Made by a program: the position numbers and the translations under genes. The notes beneath the pieces are model-generated. The model was not told the origin of the DNA. It ran no database searches and saw only the letters and a program-made list of their open reading frames with translations. Source: Eukaryota sp. GEM-RC1 (Eukaryota). Taken from it: a stretch of 64,000 bases of DNA. Below, one piece after another: positions 37,001 through 47,628 of the stretch (its first letter is position 1; the number at the start of each line of letters is the position of its first letter). The stretch lies in assembly GCA_040285855.1 (NCBI GenBank), contig JAUFOQ010000016.1, positions 1,674,001-1,738,000 of the forward strand. The letters run 5' to 3'.

Positions 37001-39731
37001 TTGCTTAATAGGGTAAGCAATGCCTATCACTTTGTAGGTTCATCTAATAGTATCTTACAGCCAGAATCGTCAACTTTCTTCTCAAAGTCAATCAAAGATT
37101 GATTAGAGGGTTGAGACTTGCCGCACTCATCATGAATGGAAGCAATCAAAATTGATTTAACCTTGATGGTGTTTGATGAAATTTCCAAAATTCGGTCATC
37201 AAATTCGCTCTCATTGTGAAGATTGTGCTATGTTCTTTGTCTAATCAAATGATTAAACCATCATTAGGCAGAAACCTCAGATCATTCTGCAAATCATCGC
37301 CTATAAATGTTCTGGTACCAAAGAACTACAGGGAGAATATGCCTTTTATCGAACTGATGGGCCAAGTTTCTGGCTTTGAACGTCAGAACACCATTTGCAC
37401 TACCTAAAGAAGTTCCACGAATAAAATTCGTACATAAATGTAATCAATACTGTCTTCAGTAATTTCCATTTCTTAGTAATGAATAAGGTAATGAATGATC
37501 ACAGAGCACGTTGCTTTAGTGTCAAATCCACCAATCACTGGAACTTAGTTCAATAACAATCAAAAGACTAAAGGCCCGCTACCTTTATCTTAGATCCTTA
37601 GGTACTGAAACTATAAATCGTTTTAGATGTGTCATCCTTTATCCTCATGTGTGTTGAGAATTGCCAGGGGAATAACAAATTTATCTGATGTGATGGTATT
37701 ACCTGTTCTAATTTGCAAGACTTAAACATGGAATTCATTCTTGAAAGTTTAGGAATATGTTACGCATCACCAGACCTACACGTTCTGGACTTCCAATCGT
37801 CACTATGGTCACTGGTTTTGGGTCGCAACCTACAGTCTTTTCCATAGTGACGTTTGCTGTCACGACGTAACAGACCAGATCATCTGAGAGAGTGTCGATC
37901 TCGTTCAGATCTGGATTAACTCGACTTCTTTTCTTTTAGAATCGCTACTCACAGAGTCAGCAAACAAATAATCAGAATTGATGGCGTATTGGTAAATATC
38001 ATGATTCATATTTAATTAAGTTCATGTCTGATCTCTAAAATCTCGTCGCGAGAATTGCCATTCGAGTTGCCAGACTTATTCTCCTAACTGAAGGACGCTG
38101 GACTTGGTTAGGACATTGTTTCGTCATCAGAGCAGAAACCTCTTATATTCAAGAGAAATGGGTTCATCTAGACTACTGATTTATTGTCATCAATTCCTAC
38201 AATAGACGTTGGTTTTCAGTCCATCATCGACATCCTAATCAGGATAGTAGAACTTGTGTCCAACGCTATTAGCAGTAATTACCAAGTGAGTGGAAATAGA
38301 ATCTCATGTGAACACGCATATCCAAGCAAGAGCAAACTTACTGAAGCAAACTACTACTGAGTCTTTTCGTTCCCCACAATGAAAAATTTGACTCACTGTC
38401 AAAGTTTGTGATTCACATTAAGGGTCATATTCTGACAGAACCTGACAGACTTATGTTCGAAATAGACTCAACAGCTAAACACTTCTTTATTCCTAAACAT
38501 TTTGTGATCCAAACTTATGGACAGAGTTCAACACCTATTGAAGGACGAATCTGTTTCCAACGAACGAAAAAAAAAAAAGAAACGTGGAAGGAAAGTCACA
38601 ATTTACACTGGTACTACTTAGTGAGACTTCTAGTTGTCCTTGAACTGGAATATATTTCATCTCCATCTGAAGTTCAGTCGATAAAGGCTCGCAAGTCAAA
38701 ATCATTAGGACATCATTTCGTCAACACCACGATAAAGAGGGGACACAAAAGACCAAAAGCTGTCTAGAGTGAAGTCAGTGCTACTAGGTCAGAACTAGCA
38801 GCGTCTGTCTCTTCAAGTGTTACTACTAGTCTAAAAACTAGCAGCAACTTCAATTGTACATTTTCAGAAATGACACGAGTCACATCTGAAAAGAGCAGAA
38901 AACCCACCAAACAAAGACTCAGAAAACCGCGGTTTGGGAGTTTTGTATCACATTGGTATTACGAGTTTCTTCACCGAATCAATCAATCAAAGAGAATCAA
39001 ACAATTGTTTTATCAATAAAAGATCCAGATTGAATCGTTGTCTAAGTACATGTAGACATTTAAAGAGTACATCTGATTCAAAACCAGGAGTATTGTCTTC
39101 AACAAGTGTTTCCTTAACGTAGAAACTTCCTTTTTTTTAAGTAGACCCATCTAAGACAAAGAACATTTTCTTCTACTGTCTAGTCGAGTCAAGAACTTTC
39201 ACTGGAGGAGAACCAGTCACTATTTCGTTTAATTAGAGCTACGTAATCGTGCTGAGCTCAAATAGAAAGCTTCGACCATTGTAGGATAATTACTTTGAGT
39301 GCTTAGACTGACTTTCAGCCAAAAGCTTCTCCAAACTGTGGAATCACGAACTGATACAGTGGTCCATATGAACTTCTCTTGTATTGACAGACGTGAGTTC
39401 AGTTTCCTGATCTTAGAAGAAACTGTGATAGAAGTCTTCTCAGAGAACAAACTCTGGAAGTTCTTCACAGCTCATCAAAAATTCTTGCGCTGAGCTGACC
39501 TCAAGCGACTTCTTTCCGTATTCACTATCCATCCATGGAGAAAAAACGGAGAAATCCTTAATGACATCTGACGTGTAGTCGGATACATATTTGGAACATG
39601 GGAGTTCTTCTTCCCAAGCTTTGGGACCAGAAGATTCTCCAATCCTTTCAGGTGCTGGCTCTAACGATAAGTCAAGAGAGCATCCCTATTCGGTATCGCG
39701 GAATTCCTTAATGGAACTGGAAACCCTTGCG

Positions 39732-39853
39732 AGTTCTCCACAAGGAGAGTCTCTATTAGGGTCGTTAGTCGGTTCAAGTTCTCCACGAGGAGAGTCTCTA
39801 ATAAGACCATCAGTCTGTTCAAGTTCTCCACGAGGAGAGTCTTTAATAAGACC
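39732..39853. repeat. 45-bp tandem repeat x3 (RDSPRGELE..) at the gag 5' end of element 2
   Basis: AGTTCTCCAC(A/G)AGGAGAGTCT at 39732, 39777 and 39822. Confidence 0.9.
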
Positions 39854-39900
39854 TGAATCATTTGTTAACGCACCTGTACCTTTAACAGAGCAATGATCAT

Positions 39901-39993
39901 TGTTACCTGTATGAGACATGTGGTAAGTATAAGTGTATTAAATAATGAAATTGGTACTAGAACATCGCCACGTATTAACACCTGTGGCCTACA
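39901..39993 (-). repeat. 5' LTR of element 2 (93 bp)
   Basis: Exact match to 33973-34065. Confidence 0.95.
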
Positions 39994-40090
39994 TAAGCTC
40001 AGTTCAGAAGTAGTCACGTTTTCCAGTATAATCTGTCCAATTGAAACACTTCGGTGAATGACGTTTTGTTTCAATTGGAGAGAGTTTCAT
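39994..40090 (-). pseudogene. Detached 5' coding end of the LRR gene
   Basis: Removing the element and one TSD gives the open frame LKQNVIHRSVSIGQIILENVTTSELSL-RAYTTPPPSMCEDH; ATG at 40090 is one base out of frame in an A run. Confidence 0.65.
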
Positions 40091-40212
40091 TTGCAGAGAG
40101 TTTGTGTATGCATCAATAAAACTGCTTTAAGGATTAAATTTATATTACGACATCAATAATATCATCATTTTGATGAACAGCAGCTCAAAGAGTGGACTGT
40201 TTGCAGTTTGAA

Positions 40213-41157
40213 CCATAGTTGCAAAATACAAAATACAGTATTTTTTTGTATTCAGTATTCCTTCTGTATTATGTATTGTATTTTTTTCTGAAATAGTGTA
40301 TTTGTACTTGTATTTTTTGTATTTTTTTATCAGCCCGCAAATCTCTTTAATTGATGAAAAGGACTGAAGTCAATGAGAGAAACACTCGACAGCGAATCTT
40401 TCTGATCAATTATACTATTGTTTGGTACAATGGGGCCATGTATTATTTTAACAACTTGTAGAAATACTAGTATAATTGCCTGCTGAGTTTTATAAACGTT
40501 CCAGTACAGTACGTCAACGGCGTATGCTAGATGACTAAAAAGTGAAACACCGATCAAAGTCAAGTAACAAATTTTTAGAAACGCTTAATAATGTTCATTC
40601 CAAAGAATTGAAAAATACCAAACCATGTGAAGTTGTGCAATCTAGTTTCACTACTGTCAGTCAGTGATGAAGATTCAAAACCCTGATGAGACGAGCTACA
40701 CGACACTCAGTTTGATCCTGTTTTGAAGATGTACGTGTAGTCTTTGGGGACTATGATTTGGACTTTAAAGATTAAACTCGAAACTTTAGACATTGTTATT
40801 TACACGCGGTATATTAAGATGATTTACAACTACTGTACGAGAAATAAAGTGTCCAAAGTCACATTGTATGATTGTGAAACTCCACGTCAGTTCTTTAAAC
40901 GTAGACCAAATGACAATCGAACCCTCGGTGAATTTTAGAATCGAAAGAACCATTGGGTTGATAAATATAAAGAAGTCTAAGAATGCGGACCGAAGAGGTG
41001 AACCATGATAACCCTGAAGATCAATCACGTTTGCAGTCGTTGGACTCAATACAGTTAGTTTAATACTTGCAATTACAAGAAAAAAAATACACTTAATACA
41101 GTACTCTGTCTTGTATTATTTTTTCGGTGTTATAATATTTTTAATTCTTGCCAACAT
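40213..41157. mobile_element. Possible decayed non-autonomous TIR element
   Basis: AATAC/GTATT clusters at both ends and loosely inverted termini (CATAGTTGCAAAAT vs ATTCTTGCCAACAT); no TSD seen. Confidence 0.3.
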
Positions 41158-42067
41158 ATCTGAAAAGTATTGGCATTAATTAGTGGCACTTACATTAATT
41201 AATGCACTTACACTATCGATAATTGTTGTTGTTACACTCAATGTTGAACTTACACTGATTATTGTAAGTACCGTCAGTATGTATTATGAAGACAAAGCTT
41301 CAACAAGGTTCGATTCTAAGGAATCTTGCTTTGATGATATTGATTTTTAGACTATTTATTTCGTCATTTTTCATATTATTGTAAGTTGATAAATTTCGAC
41401 CGCTCACCCAAATAGTAAACTTGTCACATATAGTCATAATAATATGGTTAAGTTCTTGTCTAAATATTGGCGCTAAACCAAGAGAAGCCATTAAGTCAAT
41501 TTGTTAAAACAATTGGAAGTGGTATACCTTCTAATATCGTATACCGTTTACAATATTAGAGGAAAATTAGTCTTTGTATTTGTTGTGGATTCGACTAAAT
41601 ACTAGTATTACATATGATTTGTTCACAAGATCAATATTGATCAATGAACAGTTAAACAAACCAAGCCCAATCTTCTTCTCTTAAAGAATCTACATTCATA
41701 ATTGAGTTCACTGTGAATCCAATGACAGAAATTAGATTTATTTTGGTTTACTGGTATTAGTGTTCTAAATTCATCATAATTCCAAAGAAAGTTCATCTCC
41801 TTGATTAGATTCGACATCAATACTATAAAGCCGAATAGGAAAGTCCAGTAAGAGTCATTTGCGCTCTTTTGAACAAATAATTGAAGTGGCACTTGACTGG
41901 AAACAAGGAAATACAAACATAAACCACCAATAAATCTTTCACAATCCATAATTATCGAATTGAAGACGTAGTCCATTGTACTCTTTTTAAAGATAAACTC
42001 CCCTTTTCACTTGCGGAAATCCGGTATACGTGATATAAATACCAAACAAAAAAGAACTAAAACAAAG

Positions 42068-42751
42068 TCACCTTAATTCACGACACATTTTTAAAAACAA
42101 TTCTTCTAGGTCCTCAAATGTCATTTCATTGAGTTGAGAAACAAGACTGTTATCAGATACATCAGAAAGTGGATTGGAAATGATTTCTTCAAAACGTAGA
42201 GGTATACCATCAATCGAAAGCTTTGCCTGCTTGGCTAACATCAGACTTGTCTTGTTTGGAAAACTCAACACAATATACGAAGAAAAAGTTTGAACAGAGC
42301 GAACTCTCCCAAATCGAGACAACACTTGCACCACTTGATTACACGTGATATCTGAATCCACCGGAAGTTTAACTCTTACAAGTAACTTCGACGTGGAAGG
42401 TGGAATCACAGGGGGCTGTTCTATATGCTTTCGTTTCTCTTTAGGAACATAAGAAACTGATTGGGATTCTTTGACCTCTAGTTTCCTTCTAAGTTCACTC
42501 CGTTTGAGAGCTGCTGCTTGTAGTTCATGTTGATGAATTTCCCGTCTTTGAACATCGTCCATATACTTCTGCCTTTGCTGTGGATCTGAAAGAATGTCAT
42601 AAGCGATGGTAAGCTGGTGAAACTTTTCTGCTGCAAGAGGATCATTAGGGAATCTGTCTGGATGAGTTGCAAGGGCTTTCGTCCTATAGGCTTTTCGTAT
42701 CTCCTGTAATGTAGAAGATGTAGGTATCCCTAGAACTGTAAAAGGATTCAT
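42068..42751 (-). CDS. DNAJC17: J-domain plus RRM-like protein (DNAJC17/Cwf23-like)
   Basis: NPFTVLGI...IRKAYRTKALATHPD; C-terminal VLSRFGRV RRM-like segment. Confidence 0.75.
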   Translation of the reverse strand: MNPFTVLGIPTSSTLQEIRKAYRTKALATHPDRFPNDPLAAEKFHQLTIAYDILSDPQQRQKYMDDVQRREIHQHELQAAALKRSELRRKLEVKESQSVSYVPKEKRKHIEQPPVIPPSTSKLLVRVKLPVDSDITCNQVVQVLSRFGRVRSVQTFSSYIVLSFPNKTSLMLAKQAKLSIDGIPLRFEEIISNPLSDVSDNSLVSQLNEMTFEDLEELFLKMCRELR

Positions 42752-42851
42752 TTAGGAGTGACAACTACAAGTAGTGTTGTTCAAGAGGAGGTTCATTGAA
42801 GAAAATTTCAAACACTTTCCTCCTAGTCAAACTACTCAGACTTATAACACA

Positions 42852-43883
42852 ATGATATCATCCACTTTAAAGGCAATTACTGATTCATCTTCACTCAAAT
42901 GGATATTTGTTGGTGGTAAAGGTGGTGTCGGAAAAACTTCCATAGCTTGTTCTCTAGCTGTATATCTTGCGCAACACAGATCACATGATGTCCTCTTAGT
43001 CTCCACAGATCCTGCTCATAATCTAAGCGATGCTCTGTCTTTCGCTGTTTCTTCTGAGCCAACCCTGATTGAAGGGATCCCTAATCTATATGCTATGGAA
43101 ATCGACCCATCAAAAGATGAATCTGGACCCGATCCCAGTACTTTTGGCAATATGCTACCTCCAGATCTTCTTTCTTCCATAACTGACTTAGGAGGAGCCA
43201 TGCCTGGAATGGATGAAACTGCAGCCCTCTTTGAATTACTCCGTCACTTAGAAGATTCTCGATTTCCCACTGTTATCTTTGATACTGCTCCAACTGGACA
43301 CACCCTAAAGATGTTACAATTCCCCCAGAAGATGCACCAACTAGCCTCCCGGGGAGGGTTCATGTCTCTGGTGAATTCAGTAATGGGAATGTTTGGTGAT
43401 TCGATAGCTGATAAAACTAAATCTGCAACAGATGCGTTTAGTTCAATTCTTCCTATTTTGAAGAACCCAGATCTTGTTACTTTCATTCCTGTTGCCATTC
43501 CAGAGTTCCTCTCTCTTTGGGAAACTGAAAGGTTAATACAGGAATTGTTAGAGTTGGAGATTGATGTTCGTGGCATTGTTGTCAATCAGTTAATTCCAGG
43601 ACCCGAGACAACCGCTCTCTTTTCTAACCCAACTCTACCTTCATCTGCTTCTTCTTGTTCCTTTTGTAAAAATAGGAGGAAGTTACAGAACAAGTATTTG
43701 TTACAGTTTATGGACCTTTATGAGGATTTCCACCTTGTTGGTCTTCCTCAGTTTAGTTCAGAGATTAGAGGTGTTACACTGTTAGCTGGAGTAGGGAAGA
43801 TGTTAGTGGGGGAGGAAAGCAGTGAGTTGCAGGATATACTGAGTGAATCATCGACGAAAGAGGAAAGTGATGACGTGATTTAG
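42852..43883 (+). CDS. GET3: Get3/ASNA1 tail-anchored protein insertion ATPase
   Basis: KWIFVGGKGGVGKTS, VSTDPAHNLSDA, FDTAPTGHTL, IPEFLSLWETERLIQEL, CxxC (CSFC). Confidence 0.95.
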   Translation: MISSTLKAITDSSSLKWIFVGGKGGVGKTSIACSLAVYLAQHRSHDVLLVSTDPAHNLSDALSFAVSSEPTLIEGIPNLYAMEIDPSKDESGPDPSTFGNMLPPDLLSSITDLGGAMPGMDETAALFELLRHLEDSRFPTVIFDTAPTGHTLKMLQFPQKMHQLASRGGFMSLVNSVMGMFGDSIADKTKSATDAFSSILPILKNPDLVTFIPVAIPEFLSLWETERLIQELLELEIDVRGIVVNQLIPGPETTALFSNPTLPSSASSCSFCKNRRKLQNKYLLQFMDLYEDFHLVGLPQFSSEIRGVTLLAGVGKMLVGEESSELQDILSESSTKEESDDVI

Positions 43884-44328
43884 ACTCATTTATGAAACAA
43901 ACTTCATTCTCTTCAGATAAAGTGACATATACGAGTTATGTATAAAGACGAGAGTAGAAAAGACAAGGTATTGATCAGATAGTCATTCAAATGATGAGTT
44001 TATTAAAAATATTCTCATGTGAAGCACATCTAAGAATAAATATGGCTTGTCAATAGAAATATGTAATAAGATTCCGTATGTCCTTTGGGTATGAAGAGAA
44101 AACGGTCACGTGTTAAAAAAAACACATGTTTTCCAGGTCTGATTCAGTGGAAACACAATTTCGGAGTACAATCAACACAAATGATCGATTGACAATGATC
44201 TCTGAGTTCCAATCACTAAAGAGCATCACAGACTTGATTGCAATCAAATGAGACAAAGGCTCAAAGAGATAAGAATCAAATCTCGTCTCTTTAGAACAGA
44301 ATGTAGGGTTTACCGTTATCACGTGAAA

Positions 44329-45597
44329 CTAGCTCAAAAGTGTTGAACTAAAGAGCTCAATCACTGAATCAACGTCAACGTCATCAACCACACTCTTTCC
44401 TCTGAGAGCTCCATGGCAACAAACAGCCGTAGCAAAAGACTCCACAGCAAACACAGGCGCTCCCTTTAACAAAAGATCATTAAATCCACTCACAACACGT
44501 TCCTGAGCTTGAGCAGACAACTGAGTAGGAATAGAGGAAGCAGTGTGGAGCCAAGAGGAGATCATGTCAAAGTTAGAGGGAGATATAGGGGCAGAGTCTT
44601 GGTGGAAGGAAGAGAAGCCACTTATATCTATTTGAGGAGAAGAGATTTTTGAAAAATGATTAGCGAATATATCAAAATTATTCATAACATCAGACTCGCA
44701 ACCCCAAACACAACAAGAACTTTTCAAGAGATTATCCACTTCCGATGATCCAATCTTTTCCAAGTCATAAATAACAACAATACCATTAGAGGTCCATTCT
44801 TCCAAGTGAATTCTAGGGTAATACAGAGATGAATAGTTGGATAACTTGGCTAGCTGTCGAACTAAAGGAATTTGGGATGAGTGGAAAGAGACGTTGATTC
44901 TAGACATTATAGATGCATTTGTGAGAAATGAAGATACAATAGAGAGCAACAGTGATAGCCCGGTCAACGGGCAGTACCCTCCTGTAATAGAAGAAAGGAA
45001 CTGCATAGGAGAGAAGGATTCCAATTGGAGAAGAGGAACAACAGGAACAGAGGGGTAAGGTCTGAGAACTGAAGATGCTGAGATAGTGGGAGTAAGAAAA
45101 TGATCTCGAGCCATTTGGATAGTTCCAGTTACTGAGACGTAGACACCATTAGACTGGGGAATCTTCACACTAGCAGGACAGAGCACACTAATGGAGGTAA
45201 AAGGGGGAAGATGGGAGATTGTTGCATGGGTGGAATGAGTTGGGTAGAGTTTATGGATATCAGAGTTGGGAGTGGGGTGGAAGAAGCCGTGGACTATAAC
45301 GAGAGATGGTTGAAAGCGTAACAAGTGGTGTGGGTCAGTTGAAGAGGGAAGAGTTTTTGGGATGAGATTGACTTTGGTGACGTGGGGGTGGATCCTTTTT
45401 AGACAACTCAAGATTAAAGACTCTGCCTCACTGGGAGTGAAGAAAAGATTAGCAAGAAGAGGAAAGTGGGATGACATTGAGAGAACATCAACAGAGATAG
45501 AAACGGATGGACGTTCATCTGATGGGTCAGGAACTCGAAAAGACGATTGAAGGAGCCATGCAAGACAAGATTCTTCCAAAGTAAGAGAGGAATTCAT
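44329..45597 (-). CDS. Divergent MCM-domain protein (MCMDC2-like)
   Basis: LSLLLSIVS segment and MCM-lid-like end LSAQAQE...HGALRGKSVVDDVDVDSVIELF; no Walker motifs; by-eye similarity only. Confidence 0.4.
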   Translation of the reverse strand: MNSSLTLEESCLAWLLQSSFRVPDPSDERPSVSISVDVLSMSSHFPLLANLFFTPSEAESLILSCLKRIHPHVTKVNLIPKTLPSSTDPHHLLRFQPSLVIVHGFFHPTPNSDIHKLYPTHSTHATISHLPPFTSISVLCPASVKIPQSNGVYVSVTGTIQMARDHFLTPTISASSVLRPYPSVPVVPLLQLESFSPMQFLSSITGGYCPLTGLSLLLSIVSSFLTNASIMSRINVSFHSSQIPLVRQLAKLSNYSSLYYPRIHLEEWTSNGIVVIYDLEKIGSSEVDNLLKSSCCVWGCESDVMNNFDIFANHFSKISSPQIDISGFSSFHQDSAPISPSNFDMISSWLHTASSIPTQLSAQAQERVVSGFNDLLLKGAPVFAVESFATAVCCHGALRGKSVVDDVDVDSVIELFSSTLLS

Positions 45598-47628
45598 TTG
45601 AGGAGAAACTCTCACACATTGTATATGCCATTCTTGTTGGTCAATGAAGCCTAGAGCTCTTGTGTTGTGTCAAGTTAGATCTGATCGTTGTCAATAGATT
45701 TGTCAATGTATAACACAGAGTGCTGCTGCTGTCACATCATCACACTGTTAGACAGCTTCGCTTCTTTGTTCTTTATTTATTGTCTCTTTTGGTACCTCCC
45801 CACAAGGTTAGGTTGTCTGGTAACCCTTCAATCTCTGTTATTTTGTTTGGACCTCTTCTTAGCTTGTTGATCTTGTGGTTCTTCAATCTAGTTGTACATT
45901 TCCGGAGTAATTCTGGTGATTTTTGACTGGTGATGCAGTGATATCGATTTTAATGTTTATTGAAACTTTGTTGGTACTTTGTAACACCATTTGTGATTAC
46001 AAGGATTTGTTTACACCAATGCTACCAGCGTTGCTTGATGTTTTCTTGATAATGTTGTTCTTCTTTTGGCGAACATCCCAATGTTTAGAAGAAAGTCGTT
46101 CATACCGTAATTCTTCCCAGAGTGCGAATGATGTCGGAAGAGAACGAAGCTGGTAAAGTGGAAAGATCGAGATTACAAGATGAAGTTCAACGTATTTTTT
46201 TGGATATGTTATTTTCAGTATCAAGATACTGTTCTGTCAAACAAATTTAACGTCTACAGTAGTTCTTCAATAATCAAAAGAGTCTTAATAGATCATTGAA
46301 ATGTCCTTGTTTGATGGTGTCATCTCAAAGAACATGACTTGGATCCTGACCAAAACTAGGGGTGATCCACCTATTTGGTATGTCACTATCTTCGTCAATG
46401 CTAGTGATTGGGGAGGTTTCTTGACTTGGAGTAGTAGATAATAGAGACTTTGGCGTCAATGCAACTATGCACATACATGTGAGCAGTCTGATTACAAAGT
46501 ACTGTGAATGACGTGATAATAGAATTGTTCTACGAAATATCACAATGTGCTGATGTTTGAGAACTGACGCAATTTCTTTTTGAAATTCAGCTGCTCACTT
46601 AGATTAATCTTATTATGTTTTCGTTTATACAAGTACAATAATGAAGATAAATTTAAGAAAGTCGTCTTGAATCTAGGGTAGTCATAGAAGATACTCTTCG
46701 ATCTTGGTGTGCATAGCTTCTGCTGCTTGCTTTTTACTGAAATGGTGACCCTAAGTATCAACAATACTTGCCAGCTCGCCATAGAAACAATCAACGACAG
46801 TAAGCACTTAGCCAATGGTTGGATTCTTTTCTTCAAAAAAATGCAACGGTTGCGTCATAGAACGGTCTGAGTAATGACGATATCTTCATTAGTTTGTTAT
46901 TAGGTAAAGAAGTTGTAAGCTGTTTGGTTTAAAAGCTCAAAATATAAGATTAGTGACTTATTATTACAATCAATGTAGTTTAATTTGGGTTAACACTATT
47001 TGGGTCATTAGTGTTCAGGCTGATTAAATACCACATCTGAGCACAAAGCTGCACACGTTGTGCCATCGGGAATGCCAATGACAAATTGAAAAGGTCTAAA
47101 ATTCAGTGGATTAAGGTTTAAGATTGCAAGTAATCTCATGACAGATTCAACCACAGCATTTGTGGACCCCCACCGGTCTTGTTTGTGGAAATCAAACGAG
47201 AGGCAGTTAGTAGTATATATTTTTAAGCATGTTCAATTAAAATTGTAATATACTATAAAAACTAATGTCTTTAGTCGGGTAAATACTAAACTAAGATAAT
47301 TTTTTCACACCAAGATTAAACCAAAGTACGTGTATCAAATCAACTTTAGTACCGACTTAACGAACCAAATTCACTTTATTCCACTGGAATAGGTACAACA
47401 CCTGATGTAGAGAACTTACTTCTTACATATTCCAAAAAAGAGCAATTGTTGCAAATTGAATCCTTTTTCTCAATACAGCACTTAGATTTACTTTTAGATT
47501 GCAAACAATTGTTTAACACATGAAGTTAAAAGTTACACGGATTTTTTTTAAAAAATAAGCGAGCAACAACAATGTTAACACCCCTGCTACTTATATTGCA
47601 CACAACAATTGGAAACAATGACTAACAA

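Larger units (their letters stand above)
33973..39993 (-). mobile_element. Ty3/Gypsy LTR retrotransposon 2 with complete termini and defective interior
   Basis: Identical 93-bp LTRs, TSD TAAG (33969-33972, 39994-39997); RT, RNase H, integrase and chromodomain ORFs homologous to element 1; PPT GAGAGAGAAGAGGTAG abuts the 3' LTR. Confidence 0.96.

Noticed and set aside
40683..40785. Hammerhead ribozyme (CTGATGAG...CGAAAC)
   Set aside because: Stem II has only 2 bp, and no convincing stems I or III were found.
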